DNA from: an uncultured Melioribacter sp.
GTDB taxonomy: Bacteria > Bacteroidota > Ignavibacteria > Kapaibacteriales > Kapaibacteriaceae
Direction of reading: 5' to 3'
Length of the DNA: 61,500 nt
Assembly (NCBI GenBank): GCA_964484755.1
Contig: CAZAGH010000001.1
Location: 48,867 to 110,366 of the forward strand
Part shown: piece by piece, positions 20,828 to 29,472 of the stretch
Numbering within the stretch: the first letter of the stretch is position 1
How the letters are laid out: each line of letters opens with the position of its first letter
Translations under genes and position numbers: made by a program
The notes under the pieces: generated by a model
Told to the model about the DNA's origin: nothing
The model's input: the letters and a program-made list of their open reading frames with translations, nothing else
The model's database searches: none

Positions 20828-21529
20828 TTAACGTGTAAGGGCATAGACAAGAATGTTCGTGCCGATTCTTAGCGCCATCTCTCGCCGCTCCGGCGTATCG
20901 TGATGCACCTCGGGGTCTGCCCATCCATCGCTTGGATTCGTCTCATAGGTGTAATACACCGCCAGTTTACCGTTCACGAACAGACCAAATCCTTGAGGGG
21001 GCTTTTCATCATGTTCATGAATCTTCGGTAGACCGTTCGGAAAATCAAAATGACAGTGATACAGCTTATGCGAAAAGGGTAGCTCTTTGAGATCTTCCTG
21101 CGGAAAGAGACGCTTGAGTTCCTTGCGTATGGAGGCATCCATGCCATAATCGTCATCGATGTAGAGAAAGCCCCCTGCCTCGAGGTAGGCCCGAAGATTT
21201 CGCAATTCAGCATCAGAGAAACTCACAGTACCGTGGCCTGTCATGAAGATCACAGGGTACAGAAATAGGTTGTCGGTACCAAGATCAACAAACTCATACG
21301 TTGGTTCGACAAGGATTGGAGTGTTTGCTCGCACATAGCGAAGCAAATTGATCTCCGAACTTGGGTCGTTATACCAGTCTCCCCCGCCGGAGTACTTTGC
21401 TCTGGCAATCTTGACAGCACTGCCAACACCGGTAGCTGGCTGCACGGGCTTTGAAGGGGCTTGCGCACTGGATACCAATGTCCCCAGTACCATTACCACC
21501 AGCAGTATGATGCTTGAACAGATGGTCAT
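20828..21529 (-). CDS. DUF4159 domain-containing protein, secreted or periplasmic (233 aa)
   Basis: The start is trimmed to ATG 21529, which overlaps the rsmG stop (ATGA). A signal-like N-terminus is present (MTICSSIILLVVMVLGTLVSSAQA). The DUF4159-like blocks are KYSGGGDWYNDP, LFLYPVIFMTGHG.VSFSD.E..NLR.YLE.GGFL.IDD. Confidence 0.65.
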   Translation of the reverse strand: MTICSSIILLVVMVLGTLVSSAQAPSKPVQPATGVGSAVKIARAKYSGGGDWYNDPSSEINLLRYVRANTPILVEPTYEFVDLGTDNLFLYPVIFMTGHGTVSFSDAELRNLRAYLEAGGFLYIDDDYGMDASIRKELKRLFPQEDLKELPFSHKLYHCHFDFPNGLPKIHEHDEKPPQGFGLFVNGKLAVYYTYETNPSDGWADPEVHHDTPERREMALRIGTNILVYALTR

Positions 21530-22191
21530 CGTTGTCTGCACACGATTACCTTTTTGTCGTTTTCTTCGAACCATGGTTGCCCGAAAACACGAATTGGGTG
21601 CTCTGTAATTGTCCAGCGCGGATGTTGCTCAGCTGCTTCTGCAAGTTCATCGATGAGTTCGCCACCTTTCAGAAAGGCGCAATATCCAGTGGGCTTGACG
21701 AGATTGGTAACCCATGACAAGACAGCACCAGTTCGGGCTACAGCGCGAGAGATGACAACGTCGAAGGCTTGCCGGTACTGACTCTCTAAGGCGAGGTCCT
21801 CGGCGCGAGCATTGATCACTGTCATGTCTTTTAGTGCTGTATGCTGTGCAAACATCTCAGTCATAGTGGTCTTCTTACGGATAGAATCAACCATGACGAT
21901 CTTGATATCAGGTCGTGCAACCTTGACGGGGATACCAGGAAGCCCACCACCGGTACCAACATCAAGCACGCGGGCCTTTTGCTTGATGTCGACTGCTTTC
22001 AGCAACGTCAGGGAGTGAAGAATGTGACGTTCCCAGACGTTCTCCTCATCCTTACGAGAGATCATGTTTACACGCTGATTCCAGTAAATGAGCTCATCGT
22101 GGTACCGCTCAAGAGTATCGACCTGTTCCTTATCCAACACGATACCGTTCGTGGAGCAAGCAGTCCAAAATTCGAGAGGTGTCATCGGCAT
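21526..22191 (-). CDS. rsmG: 16S rRNA (guanine527-N7)-methyltransferase RsmG
   Basis: The start is trimmed to ATG 22191 (MPMTPLEFW...). Contains YHDELIYWNQRVNMIS, HILHSL and the SAM motif VLDVGTGGGLPGIP. Confidence 0.88.
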   Translation of the reverse strand: MPMTPLEFWTACSTNGIVLDKEQVDTLERYHDELIYWNQRVNMISRKDEENVWERHILHSLTLLKAVDIKQKARVLDVGTGGGLPGIPVKVARPDIKIVMVDSIRKKTTMTEMFAQHTALKDMTVINARAEDLALESQYRQAFDVVISRAVARTGAVLSWVTNLVKPTGYCAFLKGGELIDELAEAAEQHPRWTITEHPIRVFGQPWFEENDKKVIVCRQR

Positions 22192-22249
22192 TACTGGTAA
22201 TTTCCCTTGGTTGACGTATCGAGCAGGACGCTCGGATATCAGCGAATCA

Positions 22250-22257
22250 CAAAAATA
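22250..22257 (-). promoter_or_regulatory. candidate -7 box TATTTTTG (TAnnTTTG) for the rsmG operon
   Basis: The minus-strand octamer fits TAnnTTTG and lies about 58 nt upstream of ATG 22191. It sits inside the longer, rejected ORF extension. Confidence 0.35.
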
Positions 22258-22290
22258 CATCGGGAACCGCAGTAACGCGTTGGAGAGTGT

Positions 22291-22944
22291 ATGGCAAGGC
22301 GAGAGTCAAAAACGGCAAAACGGGAGCGCGTTAACGTTATTCTGGACAGATTGTCCAGATCATACCCCGATGCTAAGGTCGGCCTCGATTTTGAAACACC
22401 GTTGCAGTTGCTGATCGCTACGATACTGTCGGCACAGTGTACCGATGCCCGCGTGAACATGGTTACTCCTGGCCTGTTTGAGAAGTATCCAACCGTTGAC
22501 GACTTTGCCCATGCTCAAATCGAAGAGCTCGAAGATGCAGTCCGCACGACGGGGTTTTACAAGAACAAGGCTAAGAACATACAATTGTGCTGCCGTCAGC
22601 TCATTGAACGCCATAGTGGTGATGTACCCGAAACAATGCAGGATCTCACGCAACTGGCGGGGGTAGGACGAAAAACAGCCAACTGCGTCCTGACCAATTG
22701 CTTTGGGATTCAGGGGATTACCGTTGATACGCACGTTACCCGCATCTCAAATCTTCTGGGCCTGGTCAACGATGAGGATGCTGTCCGCATTGAGTTTTCA
22801 CTCATGGAACTCATTCCAAAAGAGCGCTGGAACGAATTCAATCACAGTATCATTGCCCATGGCCGCGCCACATGTATAGCGCGTCGCCCGAAATGCGATC
22901 AGTGCCCCATCAGCGATCTGTGCCCGTCAGCAAGATTATCGTAG
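22291..22944 (+). CDS. nth: endonuclease III
   Basis: The HhH-GPD fold sequence (LLIATILSAQCTD.RVN, LAGVGRKTANCVL) and the C-terminal 4Fe-4S cluster motif CIARRPKCDQCPISDLC are present. Confidence 0.92.
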   Translation: MARRESKTAKRERVNVILDRLSRSYPDAKVGLDFETPLQLLIATILSAQCTDARVNMVTPGLFEKYPTVDDFAHAQIEELEDAVRTTGFYKNKAKNIQLCCRQLIERHSGDVPETMQDLTQLAGVGRKTANCVLTNCFGIQGITVDTHVTRISNLLGLVNDEDAVRIEFSLMELIPKERWNEFNHSIIAHGRATCIARRPKCDQCPISDLCPSARLS

Positions 22945-22998
22945 CCCATATGTCACATCTCAGTGCGTATTATGCACTATAGGGGTATGGGAACATCA

Positions 22999-25035
22999 AT
23001 GATGATCATCAAGGTAGTCGCACTATGTCTTGCGACGTTTGCTACTCTAGTTGCCCAGGAGTCACCGTCATGGGGTGTTCTTGCAGGGGGCTCGTACGTC
23101 AATCACGAGGCTTCGTTCCAACGATTGGCTGATTATCCTTCCTGTTGTCCATCATTTACGGGCGGTGATGCATTTTCATTCCATGCTGGTGCGTTCTATC
23201 GCAGACCGCTAAGCTCATTCTTCGTGCTTGAGGGACGCCTTATAGCTGCTGGAGAACATGGATCTATGAAGGATCAGGAAAGCACGTTCGTGGCGGACCT
23301 GCGTGATACACTCCGTGTTGTGCGTGCAACGTTTGAACATGCCCTTGACGCTTCCCTCTTTTCCGTAGGACTCGAACCTGTTGTAGCAATGCGTCTTACA
23401 AAAGGGTTCGATCTGCTCATTGGTTCGCGAATTGGCGTAAACATCCAACAGAGTTTTCAGCAAACTGAGACGCTTGCCAAGCCTGAAGACTATGGTGCTT
23501 ACCTCGGTGCCGATCGAACATGGGTTGCAACGCAAGCGCAGATCCCCAATACTCAACCTGTGCGTTTCTCCATTCTCGCCGGGATGCGCGCAAGATTGCC
23601 CCAACGCCCATCGTCATCAGTAGGTGTCGGATTTGAATTGCTCTACACGCAAGGACTGACAAACGTCGTAACCGATGTTCCATGGCTCGTGCACCAGTTG
23701 CGCCTGTCTGCTGTGCTCACGTTTACAACGCCGCAGAATAAACCCACTAAACACGATACATGCATCGACTGTCTGCCCAACATTGCAGCAAAGGTAGAGC
23801 CAGTGAAGCTACCTGTGGTGTCAAAGGTTGATAGCAGTAATGTGAAGCCCCTTAACAAGACTGTCCCGCCAGCAACTATTGAGGTATCAGGTGTCTCGGA
23901 TGGCGACACGACGAAGGGCGTTATCAATGTCCTAGAGCGCAATCGTCGTGTTATCATACTTCATCCACTCCTGGGTCACGTATACTTTGATCGAGGATCT
24001 GCGAAGCTTCCTGATCGTTATCTACGTGCTATCGCACGTTCGCGAACCGACACATTGAATCTTCGACCTATCGAGGCTCTTCAAGGAGAGCTCGGGATCA
24101 TTGCGCAGCGCATGAAGGCCCATCCCGATGCGTGGCTGAGCATCATAGGCACTACCTCCAGCACCAGTGATGATGAAGGTATACAACTTGCAAGAGCTCG
24201 TGCAGAAGAGGTGCGGCGAACAATGAATGAATTGGGTATCTACGACGACCGACTCAGAGTGAGTGCTCGTGTTTTTCCGGAGAAGCCCACTACATTTTCT
24301 GACACCTCGGCACAGACGTTGGCACAGGAAGAGAATCGTCGAGTTGAGTTGTCGTCGAACAATCCTGCAATTCTTGCACCGATTAAACTTGGCACGACCG
24401 AAAGAACGCATAAACCAGACGCTCTCATTGTTCAGGGTAAGCTTGCAGATGGTCATGACGGCTTCGATCTCAAACTTCGTATTCGACGCGGAGGCACAGT
24501 TATCGCAGAACATATGTCTTCTGCCGGGAAGGAACGAGCAGCCGTGCAATTGGATCTGTCAAAGGATCTCGACCGCACTAGTGGCGATAGCATAGTTGTG
24601 GACGTCGTTACGGTAAGAGATGGCAAGGAAGAAAGTGTCGCAACAAAATCGATCCCTGTTCTCCGCAATGAAGAGGAGTTAACGCAGACTGAACGATCCG
24701 GAGATCTGATAATCGAGCGTTACGGACTCATCCTGTTCGATTTTGATGAAGTTCGAATCTCTAGACAACATGAGCGTCAGCTTCAGTTTATTCGCTCACG
24801 TATACGTGAAAACACGTCTGTAATGGTGATTGGTGCAACTGATCAGATTGGGTCACAGGCATACAACCGCGAGTTGTCGCTCAAACGTGCAAGAGAGGTA
24901 TCAAAGCGTCTAGGCGTGTCCGGTGCAATGGTTGTTGGAAACGGTGAAGACAATCCGTCCCTACCAAATGAACTTCCAGAGGGTAGATCCTTCAATCGCA
25001 CCGTGATCATACAGCTTGCCACCCCGATAAAGTAG
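22999..25035 (+). CDS. outer-membrane protein: N-terminal beta-barrel-like domain plus two OmpA_C-like peptidoglycan-binding domains (678 aa)
   Basis: Signal peptide MMIIKVVALCLATFATLVAQ, then about 230 aa of alternating amphipathic strands. The first OmpA_C-like unit ends in ENRRVELS and the second in PEGRSFNRTVIIQL. It is a paralogue of 29469-31472. Confidence 0.75.
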   Translation: MMIIKVVALCLATFATLVAQESPSWGVLAGGSYVNHEASFQRLADYPSCCPSFTGGDAFSFHAGAFYRRPLSSFFVLEGRLIAAGEHGSMKDQESTFVADLRDTLRVVRATFEHALDASLFSVGLEPVVAMRLTKGFDLLIGSRIGVNIQQSFQQTETLAKPEDYGAYLGADRTWVATQAQIPNTQPVRFSILAGMRARLPQRPSSSVGVGFELLYTQGLTNVVTDVPWLVHQLRLSAVLTFTTPQNKPTKHDTCIDCLPNIAAKVEPVKLPVVSKVDSSNVKPLNKTVPPATIEVSGVSDGDTTKGVINVLERNRRVIILHPLLGHVYFDRGSAKLPDRYLRAIARSRTDTLNLRPIEALQGELGIIAQRMKAHPDAWLSIIGTTSSTSDDEGIQLARARAEEVRRTMNELGIYDDRLRVSARVFPEKPTTFSDTSAQTLAQEENRRVELSSNNPAILAPIKLGTTERTHKPDALIVQGKLADGHDGFDLKLRIRRGGTVIAEHMSSAGKERAAVQLDLSKDLDRTSGDSIVVDVVTVRDGKEESVATKSIPVLRNEEELTQTERSGDLIIERYGLILFDFDEVRISRQHERQLQFIRSRIRENTSVMVIGATDQIGSQAYNRELSLKRAREVSKRLGVSGAMVVGNGEDNPSLPNELPEGRSFNRTVIIQLATPIK

Positions 25036-25095
25036 CCCCACTTGATCTGTGCATATCTCTCTGTATCAACGGTTGTGCGCACTCAACCGATGTGG

Positions 25096-25103
25096 TATCA
25101 TTG
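25096..25103 (+). promoter_or_regulatory. possible -7 box TATCATTG (one mismatch to TATCTTTG) upstream of the giant surface-protein gene
   Basis: Lies 34 nt upstream of ATG 25138 in the only sizeable gap (about 100 nt) of this cluster. The match is one base off consensus. Confidence 0.25.
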
Positions 25104-25137
25104 TGCATCGTTAGAGTATCCAATTCAAGGGGTTGAT

Positions 25138-28100
25138 ATGGGATCGTGGTGCACACGCCGTTTTGTGCTGTCTATTCTTGCATTATTTGGGGTGGCCGCG
25201 CTCCATGCGCAAACGATTGTTCCGCTGCGAATAGCTACGGATAGTTTCCCCCAAGTAACAGCCCGAATAGTTGCTTTGGATAATGCGGGGATGCCACAGG
25301 GTTTGTCTGGCGCAGACGTTATCGTATCGGACAATGGTGTTGAGCAGACGATTACACCTTCATGCGACGCATCTACTTCTGGACGCAACCTCTCGCTTGT
25401 GGTAGCAGTTGACGCCTCGTTATCAATGAGCTCTACTGCCTCGCCTACCACGATGGATCTGGCCAAGAATGCTGCGCGCGGCATTACGCAACTGCTAACA
25501 TCAACAGCAGATGAGATCGCTCTCATTCAACTGTCTTCATCAGCACAGATGCTCTACGGACTGTCGACCAACAAGACCGCCTACAGTGCATCTGTTGATG
25601 CTATGGTTGCAAAAGGCGGAATGAGCAGTGGTAAGGGGCTCACAGACATCCCGTATGGTGCCCTAACGCACCTGCAGAATGCCCGAAATGCTCGTGCCCT
25701 CCTGTTGATCACAGATGGTGCAAGTTCATTTGATGTCAGGTCAGCAATCGCTTCGGCCCGTACGTTCGGTATTGCAGTCTACGTTGTCTGCCTTCGCTCA
25801 TCGATTAACGCTGACATGAAGATGCTTGCAGATTCCACGAATGGTTCGTGGTGTGAACAGATCCAGTCGATCGCTGATGCTCAGGCATTTGCAAGGGCCT
25901 TTGTTGCAGATGCAAAGCGATTGCCAGGATGCACAGTTACCTGGAAGACAACATCGACGTGCGATCGTGCGCACAAGGTGATACTTACCAGAGGAACCTC
26001 CAGCAGGACTACTGCGTACGCAGTGCAAAAGGATAAGACAGTCTATCTGGAGTCGAATGTCACAGGTATCGAGTTCGGCACGGTTTCGACTGGCGGCAAA
26101 CTTGTTCGTTCAGTAACGGTGACGGCCAGAAACGGCTCCGTTACGATCGACGGTATCGGAAACTTCACATCATCGAGTTTTCAAGTCGTTGGTGCGCCTC
26201 GTTTCCCTGTTACCCTTCAAGCCAATGCAAGTCTAACCCTGTCCATTGAATACACGGCAGCTAGCGATGTTGGCGTGTATGACCGATTGGCATACAGCGC
26301 TCCTGGTTCCTGCTCGCCCCCTGTCATTCATGTTCATGGCGGAAACGCACGGAGTGGAGATGTTCTAGAACTCGTTGGACCCAATGGCGGTGAGACATTG
26401 CTAGCTGGGCAAGACACAACGATTCGATGGAAAAATGCTCTCCCTGACGACTTTGTACGCATCGAAGTCAGCTACAATGACGGTGCGACGTGGTCATCAC
26501 TGATAGAAAACGCACAAGGTCTTTCATACCAGTGGCGTCCTGGTCCACAAACCTCGAATCAATCACGCATTCGTATCTCGCGTACTGTCATCGACCCCAA
26601 TGACATAGTTGTCATGCGCGGACAAGATCAGCCTGTGTATGCTTCCATCTTTACTGAAGACGGTAAGCATGTCATTACGGGCGGTCATGACGGTTCCGTT
26701 CGTATCTGGAGTGCGCAGGATGGCTCACAGGAGCGCATTGTTGGTCTCCATGGCAATTGGGTTTGGTCCTTGTCTCAAAAGCCAGGAACAACGATTGTTG
26801 CCTCTGCTTCGCATGATGGTAGTGTCCGAGTATGGGACTACACAAACGGTCAACGTATTGCCACCATCCCTGCGGAAGGCCGTGTATGGTCGGTCGTATT
26901 CAGTCGCGATGGTAATAAACTCTATGCTGGCACAGACCGCGGTATAGCGGAGATTAACACGTCAACATGGACGATCTTCACATCACGGATTGTAGATCAA
27001 GGCCCTGTTTACAATCTCAAGCTCGTTGGTAACGGGCAACAGCTCGCAGTAGCCGAAGGAACGCAGGCCACCCTCCGGGATATCAAGTCGCTTGACGTCG
27101 TACGAGTATTCAAACAATCGGGCGCTACGGAGCAGCAATATGCCGTGGCCGTTAATCCAGCCGGTACGGAGCTTGCCAGTGGTGGCGCTGATCTGCGGGT
27201 GCACGTCTACAAGGTTTCTGATGGATCGGTCGTGAAAGCCCTGCCGCCAATGCGTGGTGGAGTTCTTGCGCTCGATTATTCCGCGAGCGGCACGACATTG
27301 CTGGTTGCTGGCGGCGACGGTACGGCTAAGACATACACGTCTTCAACGCTGGATCTTCAAACCTCACTCGCAGGACACAATGGCATCTTGTATTCGGGAT
27401 CATTTTCACCAGATGGCAAACGTGTAGTAACATCATCTACGGACTTCACCGCCCGTGTATGGTCGCTTGAGCGTATTGGCAGCACAAATGACGTCTCTGA
27501 TCGAGCCTTTGCAATTGTTGGTGGCGTTCGCGAGTCTACGCCGCAGTTTATGGGCGACGTTGTCGTTGGCTATGGAACAGATGCTCGCAAGGTGGTGGTG
27601 ACGAATCAAGGTGCTTCGCCGCTCGTGATCACCGGCGTTAAGATAGGATCTGGAGACACCACAGATTTTGCCATTCTTGATGCTACAGTGCCGGCCCTTG
27701 TAACGCCCACGACACCATTTTCCGTTGACATTGCGTTTACACCAACAACGGCAGGACCACGCGAGGCATATCTGACATTTGAAAGTGGTATGGGCACGTT
27801 TTCTGTTCTCATTACAGGAAATGGTATTGTCTCGCCGATATCTGCTCCATCCGTCATTGATTACGGCCGCAGGGTCGCCAATCAGTCGGTTGTTGACTCG
27901 ATCATCACGATTCGTGCTAGTGGCTCACTGCAAGCACCTGTCCAAATCGCGTCGATGACAATCCTCGGAGAACAGGCAGGACAATATTCCATCGTGGATG
28001 GTGGCGGCAGCGTTTCAATACAGCCCGGCCAGACCCATAAGATCACGGTACGATTCGATCCAACGAACTACGGACGCTTTGCCGCTGCGCTTGAACTTCG

Positions 28101-29472
28101 AATCACTGGTAAACAATCTGTTACTATTGGACTTTACGGTGAAGCTACCGGAGATGGCCGCATTGCATCATCATCAAACACCCTGCTCTTCCCAACTGGC
28201 ACATGCCGTTATATCACATCACAAATGCCATTCGATTTGCGTAATAGCGGTAATACTGAACTACAGGTCTATTCCGTAGGGATTGATGGTGCTAATGCAG
28301 ACGAATTCACAATAAGTACAGCTGATACCTACCCGATTACTATCGCTCCAAACAGTAGCAAGAGCTTCGTTGTGACCTTTGCGCCGAATCGAGTTGGGGT
28401 AAAGGATGCTCGCGTCGTTATCTCCTCCAGTGCAATCAATGCCTCGAACGGACGCACGACGATTAGTATGTCTGCTCGCAAAGACTCCGTGGGATTCGAG
28501 CTGTCCCGGTCAGAGCTCGATTTCGGCAACGTTCCAGAGAACACGGTCGTATCAGAGCGAATTCTCCTGCTGAATACGGGAACAATCTCCCTGAAGTGGC
28601 CGCGCAACTCCGTTACCGTTGGTCGCTTTCAAATCGACAGCATCACGCCGGACATCACCGGTGGTGGAAAGCGATCGGATATGACGATTCGATTCCTTGG
28701 CGGTCGCGCTGGTGAGACATACGACACAACGTATGAATTCATCGATACGATCTGTGGTCGCAAACAGTCAATTCGACTTCTAGCGACAGTGAAATCATAC
28801 ATCGGTGCCACGATTGAGATTGATACAGTGTACTCGCAAACGGGCTCCCTCGTGAGTGTCCCTATCTACGTCAAGAACCTCGTAAACTTCGACAGAACGT
28901 CAGTTCGCACCATCACAGGTCATTTCCGCGTTAACGGAACACTTCTTTCTGCGGCTAACAATGTGGCTAATGCTAAGCTGCATGACAATGGCGATCTAAC
29001 ATTTGATGCGCCAATTCCGATACCTGCAACCGAGGGATTGTCGACGACGTTGACGTTCTCGACGGCTTGGGGCAATGACACTGCCTCGTTTGTACGTATC
29101 GACAGCCTGACCTTTACCGATACGCTAACCTTCCGCACGATCGATGGTTCTGTTATTCTTACCGACATCTGCAAGCAAGGGGGCGAAGCACGACTCGTAA
29201 AACTTGGCGCGCAATCCGCGGGTATCATGATTGGACCGAACCCGACGCGAGACATTGCGCAGCTTCAGATCTCAGCTTCAGAGATTGGTCTTACGACCAT
29301 TCAGCTCTTCTCTGTCTCTGGCGCTCACATCAGTACCCTGTTGCATGCTCACCTGCGACCCGGCATATGGTCTCAAGACCTTGATGTATCTGCCCTTCCA
29401 ATGGGTACCTATTTCATGGTTATGTCGACACCAACAGAGACAATCACGCGCCGCATGGAGGTGGTTCGATGA
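25138..29472 (+). CDS. giant secreted multidomain protein: vWA (MIDAS) + Ig-like/ASH ('choice-of-anchor D'-like) repeats + 7-bladed WD40 propeller + cohesin-like module + T9SS C-terminal sorting domain (1,444 aa)
   Basis: Signal peptide MGSWCTRRFVLSILALFGVAALHAQ. The vWA MIDAS is LVVAVDASLSMSS, followed by LLLITDGAS (about 25390-25920). WD40 blades carry GGHDGSVRIWS, SHDGSVRVWD, GGADLRVHVY, GGDGTAKTY and STDFTARVWS (about 26630-27480). Five repeats of an approximately 100-aa Ig-like unit follow (...FG.V....V....V.NTG...L.I). The tail is GPNPTRDIAQLQI...LPMGTYFMVMSTPTETITRRMEVVR. Confidence 0.8.
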   Translation: MGSWCTRRFVLSILALFGVAALHAQTIVPLRIATDSFPQVTARIVALDNAGMPQGLSGADVIVSDNGVEQTITPSCDASTSGRNLSLVVAVDASLSMSSTASPTTMDLAKNAARGITQLLTSTADEIALIQLSSSAQMLYGLSTNKTAYSASVDAMVAKGGMSSGKGLTDIPYGALTHLQNARNARALLLITDGASSFDVRSAIASARTFGIAVYVVCLRSSINADMKMLADSTNGSWCEQIQSIADAQAFARAFVADAKRLPGCTVTWKTTSTCDRAHKVILTRGTSSRTTAYAVQKDKTVYLESNVTGIEFGTVSTGGKLVRSVTVTARNGSVTIDGIGNFTSSSFQVVGAPRFPVTLQANASLTLSIEYTAASDVGVYDRLAYSAPGSCSPPVIHVHGGNARSGDVLELVGPNGGETLLAGQDTTIRWKNALPDDFVRIEVSYNDGATWSSLIENAQGLSYQWRPGPQTSNQSRIRISRTVIDPNDIVVMRGQDQPVYASIFTEDGKHVITGGHDGSVRIWSAQDGSQERIVGLHGNWVWSLSQKPGTTIVASASHDGSVRVWDYTNGQRIATIPAEGRVWSVVFSRDGNKLYAGTDRGIAEINTSTWTIFTSRIVDQGPVYNLKLVGNGQQLAVAEGTQATLRDIKSLDVVRVFKQSGATEQQYAVAVNPAGTELASGGADLRVHVYKVSDGSVVKALPPMRGGVLALDYSASGTTLLVAGGDGTAKTYTSSTLDLQTSLAGHNGILYSGSFSPDGKRVVTSSTDFTARVWSLERIGSTNDVSDRAFAIVGGVRESTPQFMGDVVVGYGTDARKVVVTNQGASPLVITGVKIGSGDTTDFAILDATVPALVTPTTPFSVDIAFTPTTAGPREAYLTFESGMGTFSVLITGNGIVSPISAPSVIDYGRRVANQSVVDSIITIRASGSLQAPVQIASMTILGEQAGQYSIVDGGGSVSIQPGQTHKITVRFDPTNYGRFAAALELRITGKQSVTIGLYGEATGDGRIASSSNTLLFPTGTCRYITSQMPFDLRNSGNTELQVYSVGIDGANADEFTISTADTYPITIAPNSSKSFVVTFAPNRVGVKDARVVISSSAINASNGRTTISMSARKDSVGFELSRSELDFGNVPENTVVSERILLLNTGTISLKWPRNSVTVGRFQIDSITPDITGGGKRSDMTIRFLGGRAGETYDTTYEFIDTICGRKQSIRLLATVKSYIGATIEIDTVYSQTGSLVSVPIYVKNLVNFDRTSVRTITGHFRVNGTLLSAANNVANAKLHDNGDLTFDAPIPIPATEGLSTTLTFSTAWGNDTASFVRIDSLTFTDTLTFRTIDGSVILTDICKQGGEARLVKLGAQSAGIMIGPNPTRDIAQLQISASEIGLTTIQLFSVSGAHISTLLHAHLRPGIWSQDLDVSALPMGTYFMVMSTPTETITRRMEVVR

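Noticed and set aside
24022-24549. A 175-aa minus-strand ORF inside the first OmpA-like gene, and similar ORFs (29999-30433, 58837-59403, 15882-16370) inside other genes.
   Set aside because: These shadow ORFs have Cys/Arg-rich composition. Each lies entirely within a longer gene supported by motifs on the opposite strand.
26630-27480. Reading the WD40 repeats as a sign of eukaryotic contamination or recent eukaryote-to-bacterium transfer.
   Set aside because: The repeats are embedded in one continuous ORF with a bacterial signal peptide and a T9SS sorting domain. The ORF is overlap-coupled to bacterial neighbours. Bacterial WD40 proteins are well known.
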